Part shown: piece after piece, positions 20,017-28,695 of the stretch
Position numbering within the stretch: the stretch's first letter is position 1
Layout of the letters: every line of letters begins with the position of its first letter
Source of the DNA: Candidatus Eiseniibacteriota bacterium
GTDB lineage: Bacteria; Eisenbacteria; RBG-16-71-46; SZUA-252
Direction: 5' to 3'
Length of the DNA: 64,000 nucleotides
NCBI GenBank assembly: GCA_963724515.1
Contig: CAVRUU010000009.1
Location: forward strand, 63,219-127,218
Notes under the pieces: model-generated
The model's database searches: none
What the model was told of the DNA's origin: nothing
The model's input: only the letters and a program-made list of their open reading frames with translations
Program-made: the position numbers and the translations under genes

Positions 20017-20777
20017 CGGCGCTCCTGCACGAGGGCTTCCGCGACGGCCTTGGGGATGCCGCTCGCGGCCTCCCGGTCCAGGATCCAGATCACCTCGCCG
20101 CGGCGCGGCTTGACGCGCGCGGCCGGCGTCGGCGCCTCGTTTGCTTCCGGGGCGAGGGTGCGCCGCACGGCGTCCGCCTTCTCCTTGCCCGCGACCAGGA
20201 ACACCACGCGCCGGGCTGCGTTCAGGAGCCTGTAGGTCGCCGTGGTTCTCATCGAGTGGATCGCCTCCACCCAGACGGCAATCACGAGGCGTGGCGGAAC
20301 GTCAGGGACGGTGACGCCGGGGAAGAGAGAAGCGGTGTGCCCGTCGTCACCCAGCCCCAAGAAGACGAGGTCGAACGAGGGGTCCTCGGGCGGATACACA
20401 CCGAAGCGGCTCCGGATCAGGGCCTCGTAGCGAATGGCCGAGAGCTCCAGATCCGACGCCTCGCCGCGGATCCGGTACGTGCGCGGCGCGCGCATGCCGA
20501 GGGGCTCGAGCAGAGCCCGGCAAACGAGACCATGGTTCGAATCCGGATGGTCGGGGGGCACAGGTCGCTCGTCGCTGAAGTAGCACTCGACCGAATTCCA
20601 GTCGATGCGGCTCCGCGTCGGCTCGGAGGCCAGAAGCCGGTACATCGGCTCGGGAGTCCTTCCGCCGCTGAGGACCACGCGAAAAGTCGTCTCGTGCGGG
20701 CGCAAGGCGCACGTCGTGAATTCCTCCGTACCCGCGCGGGCCAGCTCCTCCCGGTCCGAGACGATGCGCACGCTCAC
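20013..20777 (-). CDS. pgl: 6-phosphogluconolactonase
   Basis: ORF 20013..20912. GTG at 20777 forms a GTGA overlap with the zwf stop. Motifs LSGGRTP, FSDER, LGLGDDGHTASLFPG. Confidence 0.85.
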   Translation of the reverse strand: MSVRIVSDREELARAGTEEFTTCALRPHETTFRVVLSGGRTPEPMYRLLASEPTRSRIDWNSVECYFSDERPVPPDHPDSNHGLVCRALLEPLGMRAPRTYRIRGEASDLELSAIRYEALIRSRFGVYPPEDPSFDLVFLGLGDDGHTASLFPGVTVPDVPPRLVIAVWVEAIHSMRTTATYRLLNAARRVVFLVAGKEKADAVRRTLAPEANEAPTPAARVKPRRGEVIWILDREAASGIPKAVAEALVQERR

Positions 20778-22339
20778 AGGCGGTACCAGTGGTACCCGCT
20801 GCGGTGCAGAAGCTCGTCCGCCTCTGGCGGGCCCCACGTTCCCGCGGGGTACTCGGCGAGTGGTGGCCCTCCGGAGCGCCACGCATCCAAGATTCCGTCC
20901 ACGAACTCCCACGCCAGCTCCACTTCGTCGCGCCGGGCGAACAGGGTCGAGTCGCCGAGATTGCAGTCGAGGAGCAGCCGCTCGTAGGCGTCTGGAGGAT
21001 CCTGGCCGAACGACGTGAGGTAGTTGAAGTCCATCTGCACCGGATCGATGTGGAGCGCCTGACCGGGGGACTTGGAGCCGAACGAAAGCGAGATTCCCTC
21101 ATCCGGCTGAATGCGAAGGCGCAGGATGTTCGACTCGAGTGTCTCGCATCCGGCCGATCGGAACAGAGCGTACGGAGGCTGGCGGAACACGATCGCGATT
21201 TCGGTGGCCCGCCTCGGGAGTCGCTTTCCCGTACGCAAGAAGAACGGCACCCCCGACCACCGCCAGTTGTCCACGTGGATCCTCGCCGCCATGTACGTCT
21301 CCGTCTGCGAGCGGGGATTCACTCCCTTTTCCTGCGCATAGCCCGGCACGGGCGTTCCGCCCGCGGCCCCCGCGGCGTACTGAGCGCGCACCGTGTCGCG
21401 CGCGATCTCCTCCGAGGTCATGGCGTGGAGCGTGCGCAAGACCTTGGCCTTCTCGTCGCGCACCGCATCCGCTTCGAAACGCGCGGGCGGCTCCATGGCC
21501 GTGAGCGTGAGAAGTTGCATCATGTGACTCTGGAAGATGTCGCGGCAACTGCCTGCATTATCGAAATATGCGGCTCGGCCTTCGATGCCCGCCGACTCGG
21601 CCACCGTGATCTGCACCTGCTCGACGTGACGGTTGTTCCAGAGCGGCTCGTAGATTCCGTTCCCGAGACGGAAGACGAGGATGTTCTGGACGGTCTCCTT
21701 CCCGAGGTAGTGATCGATGCGATAGACCTGGCGCTCGGCAAAGACGGTGTGGACGAGCGCGTTCAGCTCGCGCGCGGACTGGAGGTCGTGTCCGAACGGT
21801 TTCTCGACGATGACCCGCGCCCAGGGGACCTCCCGATCATGGCGCAGCGCCCGCCGCACGAGCCCCGCGGCTCCGACGTTCCGGATCAGCGTGGCGTATT
21901 CCGAGGGCGGGGTCGCGAAGTAGAAGATCCGGTTGCCCGGGATGCCGCGCTTCTCCTCGACATCGGAGAGAAGCCGGCCCAGCGCGCGGAAGGCCGCGTG
22001 GTCCTCGAACACTCCGGGCTGGTAGAACAGGGAGGCGGCGAAGCGGTCCCACTCGGGGGAGGCCGCGGCCGCGTCGCCCACGGCGCTCCGCATCTCCTCG
22101 CGGAATTTCTCCGACGTGTACCCACGTCGCGCCATTCCCACGATCGCGGTCTGCGGGTGGAGGAGCTTCTGCTTCGAGAGGCGGAAGAGCGCGGGAATGA
22201 GCTTCCGGTGCGTGAGATCGCCGGTGGCGCCGAAGACGACGAACGTGCAGGGGTCGGCTGCCTCGAGGGTGAGGTTCTCCTCCCGAAGTGGATTTGCCCG
22301 GATCGCGGGCGCGACCGCGACGGCCGCGCGCGGGTTCAC
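20774..22339 (-). CDS. zwf: glucose-6-phosphate 1-dehydrogenase
   Basis: 521 aa. FGATGDLTHRKLIPALF, RIDHYLGKE and the rest of the Zwf signature. Confidence 0.95.
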   Translation of the reverse strand: MNPRAAVAVAPAIRANPLREENLTLEAADPCTFVVFGATGDLTHRKLIPALFRLSKQKLLHPQTAIVGMARRGYTSEKFREEMRSAVGDAAAASPEWDRFAASLFYQPGVFEDHAAFRALGRLLSDVEEKRGIPGNRIFYFATPPSEYATLIRNVGAAGLVRRALRHDREVPWARVIVEKPFGHDLQSARELNALVHTVFAERQVYRIDHYLGKETVQNILVFRLGNGIYEPLWNNRHVEQVQITVAESAGIEGRAAYFDNAGSCRDIFQSHMMQLLTLTAMEPPARFEADAVRDEKAKVLRTLHAMTSEEIARDTVRAQYAAGAAGGTPVPGYAQEKGVNPRSQTETYMAARIHVDNWRWSGVPFFLRTGKRLPRRATEIAIVFRQPPYALFRSAGCETLESNILRLRIQPDEGISLSFGSKSPGQALHIDPVQMDFNYLTSFGQDPPDAYERLLLDCNLGDSTLFARRDEVELAWEFVDGILDAWRSGGPPLAEYPAGTWGPPEADELLHRSGYHWYRL

Positions 22340-23235
22340 GTCGTCTTTACCGGATGACCGCCGAACTTGTGGCGGAGCGCCGCGAGAACCTTGCCTTGGA
22401 AGGAGTCGCTCTGCCGGGAGCGGAACCTCGCCTGGAGGGAGAGCGCCAGCACGGGGGCCGGAACGGCGCGCTCGATCGACTCCATGACGGTCCAGCGGCC
22501 CTCCCCGGAATCCTCGACGTAACCTTTCACGCGGTCGAGCTTCGGGTCCTCCTGGAACGCGCTCGCCGCAAGCTCGAGGAGCCAGGAGCGCACGACGCTG
22601 CCGTGATTCCAGAGGTTCGAGATCGCCCCGAGGTCCAGCTTGTACGGCGAGGCGTTCAGGATCTCGAACCCTTCGGCGTAGGATTGCATCAATCCATATT
22701 CGATCCCGTTGTGGACCATCTTCGTGAAATGCCCCGCGCCGTTTTCGCCGACGCGCGCGTAGCCGTCGGCGGGCGCGAGCGTCCTCATGATCGGATCGAG
22801 CCGCTTCAACGCGGGTTCCGGGCCGCCGACCATCAGGCAGTAGCCGACCGTGAGCCCCCAGATTCCACCCGACGTTCCCGCGTCGATGAAATCGACGTTC
22901 CGCTCGGCGAGCCAGGCCGCGCGGCGAACGGAGTCCTTGTAGTAGGAGTTGCCGCCGTCCACGATCGTGTCGCCGGGCTTCAGGAGCGGGGCCAGATCCC
23001 GGATGAGCTGCTCGGTGGGGTCGCCCGCGGGAACCATGATCCAGACCGCGCGCGGCTTGTCGCGTAACTTCGAGACGAGATCCGCGGGGCTCGACGCGGA
23101 ATCGGCGCCTTTGGCGGCCACCTCACGAATGGGATCGGGGGAGCGGTTCCACGCGACGATCCGGTGCTTTCCATCGAGCAGGCGAAGGACCATGTTCTTC
23201 CCCATCCGCCCGAGCCCAATGAACCCGAGTTCCAT
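22336..23235 (-). CDS. gnd: 6-phosphogluconate dehydrogenase (decarboxylating), short form
   Basis: 299 aa. GFIGLGRMGKNM Rossmann motif, GGNS.Y.D, GAGHFTKMVHNGIEYG. 4-nt overlap with zwf. Confidence 0.9.
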   Translation of the reverse strand: MELGFIGLGRMGKNMVLRLLDGKHRIVAWNRSPDPIREVAAKGADSASSPADLVSKLRDKPRAVWIMVPAGDPTEQLIRDLAPLLKPGDTIVDGGNSYYKDSVRRAAWLAERNVDFIDAGTSGGIWGLTVGYCLMVGGPEPALKRLDPIMRTLAPADGYARVGENGAGHFTKMVHNGIEYGLMQSYAEGFEILNASPYKLDLGAISNLWNHGSVVRSWLLELAASAFQEDPKLDRVKGYVEDSGEGRWTVMESIERAVPAPVLALSLQARFRSRQSDSFQGKVLAALRHKFGGHPVKTT

Positions 23236-23259
23236 TCAGAGCCTCCGTTGGGGTCTGGA

Positions 23260-24402
23260 TCAGCGGCGCTGGAGCAGGGCGACCGAGCGCTCGCGGATCA
23301 CCGCCATCATCTCGTCGAAGGCGGTCGCGAACGATTTGACTCCGTCCTCGAGCAGTCGCTCGCAGTGCGCCTGTAGTGAGATGCCTGCCTCCGCGAATTC
23401 CTGCCGCGTGCGCCGCGCGGACTCGATGCGTGGGTCGAGCTGGTTGCCCAGAATCCGCCCGTGGTCCAGGAAGGCGTCGAGTGTTTCGTGCGGCATTGTG
23501 TTGATCGTGTCCGGGCCCTCCAGCTCCTCGACATACTTCACGTCGGAGTAGGCCGGGTTCTTGGTGCCGGTGCTCGCCCAGAGGAGCCACTGGGGCCTGG
23601 CGCCCGCCTTGCGGCGATCCTCGAAGTCCGGGCCGAAGAACTGCGCGCGGTATTCCTCCCAGACGTGGAGCGCGTTCGCCACCGCCGCCTTGCCGCGAAG
23701 CGAGAGATAGCGCTCCTTCTCGGCAGGCGGGGCGTTCTTGGCCTTCTCCTCCAGCTCCTTGTCCACCGACGTGTCGAGCCGGCTCACGAAGATGCTGTCG
23801 ACCGAGTGAAGTCCCGCGAGCGGGAGGCCCGCGCCGATACGGCGGTCGATGCCGCGCTTGAACGCTTCGGCCACGGTCGCGTACTGCGGCGCGGAGAAGG
23901 TGAGCGTCACGTTGATGCTGATGCCGTCCGCGATCAAGGCTTCGATCGCCGGGATGCCGGCCGGCGTGGCCGGCACCTTCACGAAGAGGTTCGGCCGCTG
24001 GATCTTGGCCCAGAGCCGCTTCGCCTCGGCGATCGTGCCTTCGGTGTCGTAGGCGAGGTGGGGCGGCACCTCGAGGCTCACGAAGCCATCACGGCCCGTT
24101 CCCTTGCGAAACGCGCCGGCGAGAAGGTCCGCCGTGCGAGTGATGTCCCGCGCGGAAAGCTCGTCGAAGATCTCTTCGGGTTTCCTTCCCGCGCCGGCGA
24201 GGCGGGTGATCTCGGCCGGGTAGGAGTACTTGTCGCTCGCGATGGCGTTCTTGAAGATCGTCGGGTTCGATGTGACGCCGTAGATCGTGCCTGCGTCGAT
24301 GAGCGCTTTGAGCTCGCCCGATTGAAGGAGCCCGTCGTTGATCGTGTCGAGCCAGACGCTCTGCCCCAACTCGTGCAGCTCGACGCAGGTGTTCTCTTTC
24401 AT
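23260..24402 (-). CDS. tal: transaldolase (long type)
   Basis: 380 aa. GQSVWLD, GVTSNPTIF, FVSLEV, KVPAT..G, NVTL.FS. Confidence 0.9.
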   Translation of the reverse strand: MKENTCVELHELGQSVWLDTINDGLLQSGELKALIDAGTIYGVTSNPTIFKNAIASDKYSYPAEITRLAGAGRKPEEIFDELSARDITRTADLLAGAFRKGTGRDGFVSLEVPPHLAYDTEGTIAEAKRLWAKIQRPNLFVKVPATPAGIPAIEALIADGISINVTLTFSAPQYATVAEAFKRGIDRRIGAGLPLAGLHSVDSIFVSRLDTSVDKELEEKAKNAPPAEKERYLSLRGKAAVANALHVWEEYRAQFFGPDFEDRRKAGARPQWLLWASTGTKNPAYSDVKYVEELEGPDTINTMPHETLDAFLDHGRILGNQLDPRIESARRTRQEFAEAGISLQAHCERLLEDGVKSFATAFDEMMAVIRERSVALLQRR

Positions 24403-24422
24403 CGCGGGATTCCGCCGGGACT

Positions 24423-24950
24423 TCAGACTTTCCGCTTCGTGGTTGCGAGCATCACGCGGCGGCCTTCAGGGTCGATGGTGCAAACGACGCGGTGGCCCCA
24501 CGGCATGTCGGCGGGCGGGCCCTCGAACTGGACTCCCTTCGCGGCGAGCTCGCTGTAAGCGCGGTCCACGTCCCGCACCAGGAAATAGAGCGTCGGCTCC
24601 TTCGCCGGGCTCGGCTCACCCATGCCCTGCATCGGCGGCATGAACCCGACGCTGGAGGAGTGCCCGGTCTGCACGTAGAGATAATTCATCTGCGGATCCT
24701 GCTCGAACCTGCGAAATCCAAGCAGATCGGTGTAGAAGCGCTTCACTTCGCCGAGGCGGTGCGTCGTGTAGTCCATGTGCTGGCTCAAGAGGCCGATGGC
24801 GCTCGGCGGTGGAGCCGGGGCCGCGGTCTGCTGCCGTTTCGCCGGTGCCTTTGCGGTCTTCCTTTTCGCGGACTTCTTGGCGGCCGGCCTTCTCCGCGCG
24901 GGGGGTCGCTTCTTCGAGGACTTCTTCGACGCCTTCTTGCGTGCGGGCAT
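24423..24950 (-). CDS. VOC (glyoxalase/bleomycin-resistance fold) protein with a 50-aa Lys/Ala/Pro-rich N-terminal tail
   Basis: C-terminal 175 aa of ORF 24423..25232. ATG at 24950 is preceded by AGGAGG with a 5-nt spacer. Tail MPARKKASKKSSKKRPPARRRPAAKKSAKRKTAKAPAKR, then a VOC-like domain (HRLGEVKRFYTDLLGF..., FLVRDVD, WGHRVVCTIDPEG). Confidence 0.75.
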   Translation of the reverse strand: MPARKKASKKSSKKRPPARRRPAAKKSAKRKTAKAPAKRQQTAAPAPPPSAIGLLSQHMDYTTHRLGEVKRFYTDLLGFRRFEQDPQMNYLYVQTGHSSSVGFMPPMQGMGEPSPAKEPTLYFLVRDVDRAYSELAAKGVQFEGPPADMPWGHRVVCTIDPEGRRVMLATTKRKV

Positions 24951-25104
24951 AAACACCTCCTGGAGACGGAAAGAATGATGCTTCCCAATGAAAATCATGC
25001 AGCATGCTGGACTCGCGGGCAAGGGTGTCCGATTGACCGCGTCAGGCAGGGAACATAAACTTTTTGCGGCGTTCGGTGCCATGTAACTAACGGAAGGGGG
25101 AATC

Positions 25105-25905
25105 GTGGATTCAGCTCTGAGACGCGCAGGCGCATTGCTCGTGCTGGGCCTTGTGGTGGTGGGCTGTGCGACCACCGGTCCCGGCGGCAAGAAGAGTGTC
25201 ATCCTGATCGGGGAAACCGAGGAGCGGGACATCGGCGCGAAAATGGCCGTCCAGATCCGCGCCGAGCAGAAGATCTACTCCGACCGCATAGTCACCGATT
25301 ACTTGAATCGAACCGGTCAACGCATTGCGAGATTGTCCGATCGCCCGGACCTCCCCTATCAATTCACCGTGATCGAGGACAAGACCCTGAATGCGTTCGC
25401 CGTCCCCGGCGGATACGTCTACGTCCACACGGGCCTGCTGAAGCAGCTCGACAGTCAGTCTCAGCTCGCGGGCGTCCTGGCGCATGAGATCAGCCACATC
25501 GTGGCGCGCCATAGCGTGAAGCTTCTGCAAGAGGGTCTCGGGCTCCAGATCCTGACCTCGCTCGTCCTAGGCGGCTCGGGCCAGGGGACCCAAGCCGCGG
25601 TCAACGTGGGCCTCGCACTGATCCTGCGCGGATACAGCCGGGGCGCCGAGGAGGAGGCTGACTCCTTCGGCACGATCTATATGGCCCGCGCTGGTTTCAA
25701 CCCAGAGGGCATGGCTCAGGTGATGGACAAGCTCGCTGCCCTAAGCGGCGGGGGAGATGGCTTTTGGGAGAATCTTGCCTCCGACCATCCGCCGGCGGCG
25801 AAGCGCGCGGCGGCGGTGCGGGCCGAGATCAAGTCGAAGGGGCTCGACGCGGGATTGCCATTCGATTCCGAGCCCTACAGTGCGGTCAAATCGAGGGTGA
25901 AGTAG
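25105..25905 (+). CDS. M48-family Zn metalloprotease, lipoprotein
   Basis: 266 aa. Lipobox VVVGC. NAFAVPGGYVYVHTGLL. HEISH zinc motif and downstream EEEAD. GTG start. Confidence 0.8.
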   Translation: MDSALRRAGALLVLGLVVVGCATTGPGGKKSVILIGETEERDIGAKMAVQIRAEQKIYSDRIVTDYLNRTGQRIARLSDRPDLPYQFTVIEDKTLNAFAVPGGYVYVHTGLLKQLDSQSQLAGVLAHEISHIVARHSVKLLQEGLGLQILTSLVLGGSGQGTQAAVNVGLALILRGYSRGAEEEADSFGTIYMARAGFNPEGMAQVMDKLAALSGGGDGFWENLASDHPPAAKRAAAVRAEIKSKGLDAGLPFDSEPYSAVKSRVK

Positions 25906-27640
25906 CCCGCGCGACCAGCGCCCGCTCGACCGCCTGAGCGATCGTTGCAAGCCCCTGCGTCACGCTTCCGGCGATGTGGAGCCGGATCGCGGGCTTCCCG
26001 CGCGACTCCAGGGCCCGCACATCGCCGAGCGCCTGTGCCAGCTCGAGCTTTCCAAATGTGACCCGGCTCTGGGGTATCGGCAGGTCCTGCTCCGCGGTGG
26101 CCGTCACTACCAGATACATGCCGGTCTTTGGGCCGCCCTTGTAGAGCTGCCCGATCGAATGGAGGTATCGCGGGCCGTAGCCCTGGAGCACGGGGATGCG
26201 CATCGCGTCGCGGATCTCGCGCCGGAGCTGGGCGAAGGCGCTCTCGGTGGCCGCGGTCCGCTCGAGATAGGCCAGGATCGCGAGGTAGTCGCCGGGCTTC
26301 TTGAGCCCGAAGAACCTGTCGAGGAGCATCTCGAGGCTCGGGTGGCCCGGAGTGTTCGACGTGAGCGTCTCCCAGAGCCCGTTCGAGGCGTAGACTTCGA
26401 GCCCCTCCTCCCGCGACCGCGGTTCTCCGGGGATCTCACCGGTCTTTTCGATCTGCGCGAGAATCGAAGCCGTGGCGTCCTTGCTCTCCTGGACGTTCGG
26501 CTCATCGAAGGGATCGATCCTGAGCACCGCCCCCGCGATCGCGGTCGCCGTCTCCCAGCGGTGGAATTCGGCCGCCAGCTCGGCGCGCTCGGAGAGCACG
26601 ATTTCGATCCAGGGCGCTCCCGCCTGACGCAGCTCCGCGCCGAGTTCCAGATCATGGACCGGCTCGGATGCCATCGTGATCGAGACGAAGCACCGGTCCC
26701 GTGAGTAGTACCGAGCGAACCCGGGCGGCTCGCCTTCGACCGGCACGATCCCAAGGCCTTCCTTTCCTGTCGATTCCGCGACGAGCTGCTCGATCCAGTA
26801 GCCGAGCGGACGCAGCGACGGCGACGTGAGTAGCGTGAGCTTGTCCCTGCCGGCCTTCGACGCGGCGCCGATGAGGGCGCCGACCCGGAGTGCTGCGTTG
26901 CGCACGGGATCGGGCGACGCGCAGTCCTCAGCCGCGCGCGAAGCCCGCTCCGCGAGGGATTCGAGATCCAGTCCGAGGAGCGCCGCGGGGATCATTCCGA
27001 AATAGGAGAGCGCGGAGTAGCGGCCCCCGATATCGGCGGGATTCAGGAACACGCGCCGCATGCCCTCCTCGCTCGCCAGGCGGTCCAGCGCCGAGTCCTT
27101 GTCCGTGATCGCGGCGAATCGCAGCTTCGTGTCCTTCACCCCCGACTCCTCGAGGCGCGTGCGGAAGTAGTGGTACTGGGAGAGGGTCTCGATCGTGCGT
27201 CCCGACTTGCTCGAGACGAGGAAGAACGTGTGGTCGAGGCGGTGCGAGGCCTCGGAGTTTCGGATCGCGGCAGGGTCGGTAGAGTCCAGCGCCTCGAGGG
27301 TGGGAGCGCCGGGGGCCGCCATCACGACCTCGGAAAGCACCTCGGCAGCCAGGCTCGACCCGCCCATGCCGAGGAGCAATACCCGAGTGTATCCCTCCGA
27401 GCGGATCTCCGACGCGAAGGAAGTCAGCTCGTCGATCCTCCCGCGAAGCCACCGGGGCGAATCGAGCCATCCGAGCCGATTCAGGATGATCTTGTGGTGC
27501 TCGGGGTCCTCGTTCCAGAGGGTCGGGTCGCGGCGGTGGAGACGCCGGATCGCGTCTTCACGGACGAGCGCGTCCAGGGTCTCGCGGTAGGAGGCTTCGA
27601 CCTCTCCGGGGTACTCACTGGTCCTGGTGCGTGCGCTCAT
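25886..27640 (-). CDS. pgi: glucose-6-phosphate isomerase
   Basis: 584 aa. SIS-domain signatures (LLLGMGGSSLA, SKSG.T.ET, GGRYS). Its 3' end overlaps the convergent M48 gene by 20 nt. Confidence 0.9.
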   Translation of the reverse strand: MSARTRTSEYPGEVEASYRETLDALVREDAIRRLHRRDPTLWNEDPEHHKIILNRLGWLDSPRWLRGRIDELTSFASEIRSEGYTRVLLLGMGGSSLAAEVLSEVVMAAPGAPTLEALDSTDPAAIRNSEASHRLDHTFFLVSSKSGRTIETLSQYHYFRTRLEESGVKDTKLRFAAITDKDSALDRLASEEGMRRVFLNPADIGGRYSALSYFGMIPAALLGLDLESLAERASRAAEDCASPDPVRNAALRVGALIGAASKAGRDKLTLLTSPSLRPLGYWIEQLVAESTGKEGLGIVPVEGEPPGFARYYSRDRCFVSITMASEPVHDLELGAELRQAGAPWIEIVLSERAELAAEFHRWETATAIAGAVLRIDPFDEPNVQESKDATASILAQIEKTGEIPGEPRSREEGLEVYASNGLWETLTSNTPGHPSLEMLLDRFFGLKKPGDYLAILAYLERTAATESAFAQLRREIRDAMRIPVLQGYGPRYLHSIGQLYKGGPKTGMYLVVTATAEQDLPIPQSRVTFGKLELAQALGDVRALESRGKPAIRLHIAGSVTQGLATIAQAVERALVARATSPSI

Positions 27641-28067
27641 ACTCTGTGATCTGGGCCACCCGCCGCTCGTGGCGTCCCCCGTCGAAGGGCGCCGTGAACC
27701 ACATGTCGAGGATCGCGGCGAGCTCCCCCGGAGCGGTGAAGCCCGAGCCCAGGACGAGGACGTTCGCGTCGTTGTGGCGGCGCGCCAGCTCCGCCATCTT
27801 CACGTTGAGACAGATCGTCGCGCGGATTCCGTCGACCTTGTTCGCAGCGATCGCGATGCCGTTTCCGGAGTCGCATAGGAGAACGCCGCGCTCCGCCTTC
27901 CCATGGTGCACGGCTTCGCCGACGCGGAAGGCGTACGCCGGGTAGTCGGTCGATTCGGTGGATGTGGTGCCGAAATCCTGTATGACGTGGCCGCGGTTCT
28001 GCAGATGCGCCTTCACCCGCTCCTTCATTTCGAAGCCCGCGTGATCGGCTCCGATCGCGACATTCAT
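27615..28067 (-). CDS. rpiB: ribose-5-phosphate isomerase B
   Basis: C-terminal 150 aa of ORF 27615..28229, from MNVAIGADHAGFEMK. CDSGNGIAIAANK, LGSG. Overlaps the pgi start by 26 nt. Confidence 0.9.
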   Translation of the reverse strand: MNVAIGADHAGFEMKERVKAHLQNRGHVIQDFGTTSTESTDYPAYAFRVGEAVHHGKAERGVLLCDSGNGIAIAANKVDGIRATICLNVKMAELARRHNDANVLVLGSGFTAPGELAAILDMWFTAPFDGGRHERRVAQITEYERTHQDQ

Positions 28068-28197
28068 GGGTTCTCCCGAGGTGGCACGATGAAGTCGTCG
28101 TAACTCAGGGCCTGCGGAGGCGAGGCTAGAGCATGGCTCCGAAGGGGCGCAATAGGCGAGTTGACACGAGGGACGGTAAGAGGGAAACTGCCGGTCC

Positions 28198-28695
28198 ATG
28201 ACGACCGCTCCAACGCCACCACGCAGCACGGCCGCCTTGCGCGCCGAGCACGAGAAACTTCTCGGCAGCCTTTACGCGATCTCCGAACGCGTCGAAAAGC
28301 TCGGGGAGCAGCCGCTGCCTCAGCAAATGGGGCTGGCGCGCGAGGTGCTCGATTTCGTTCGGAAGCAGGTCGCGCCGCACGCTCGCGCCGAGGAGTTCAC
28401 GCTCTATCCGGCCGCGGACTGGGCGGCAGGGGAAGGCTCCCGCGTCACCGAGGTGCCCCGGTTCGAGCACCAGCTCGTCATCCGCCGCTGTGAGGCTCTC
28501 GACAAGGCGATCCAGGAGGGATCCTCGGCCGGCAGGCTCATGCATCTCTGCTACTCGATCCTGGGATTGGTCGCGGCGCACTTCGTCGCGACCGAGGAAG
28601 TACTCCTGCCGTACCTCGACAAGGCCTTCGACCAGGCCCGCTTCGAAAAAGAGGTTCTGAGCCCGCTCCGCGTCCGGCGCGCGGAACGCACCTAG
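28198..28695 (+). CDS. hemerythrin-like (HHE cation-binding) domain protein
   Basis: 165 aa with spaced His/Glu motifs (LRAEHEKL, HARAEEFTLYP, FEHQ, AHFVATEEVLLPYL) typical of the hemerythrin HHE family. Assignment by motif pattern only. Confidence 0.55.
   Translation: MTTAPTPPRSTAALRAEHEKLLGSLYAISERVEKLGEQPLPQQMGLAREVLDFVRKQVAPHARAEEFTLYPAADWAAGEGSRVTEVPRFEHQLVIRRCEALDKAIQEGSSAGRLMHLCYSILGLVAAHFVATEEVLLPYLDKAFDQARFEKEVLSPLRVRRAERT

Noticed and set aside
18214-22357. 673-aa (18214..20235) and 522-aa (20789..22357) plus-strand ORFs
   Set aside because: Antisense to fbaB/glk/pgl and to zwf respectively. No motifs, and biased Arg/Gly/Pro composition.
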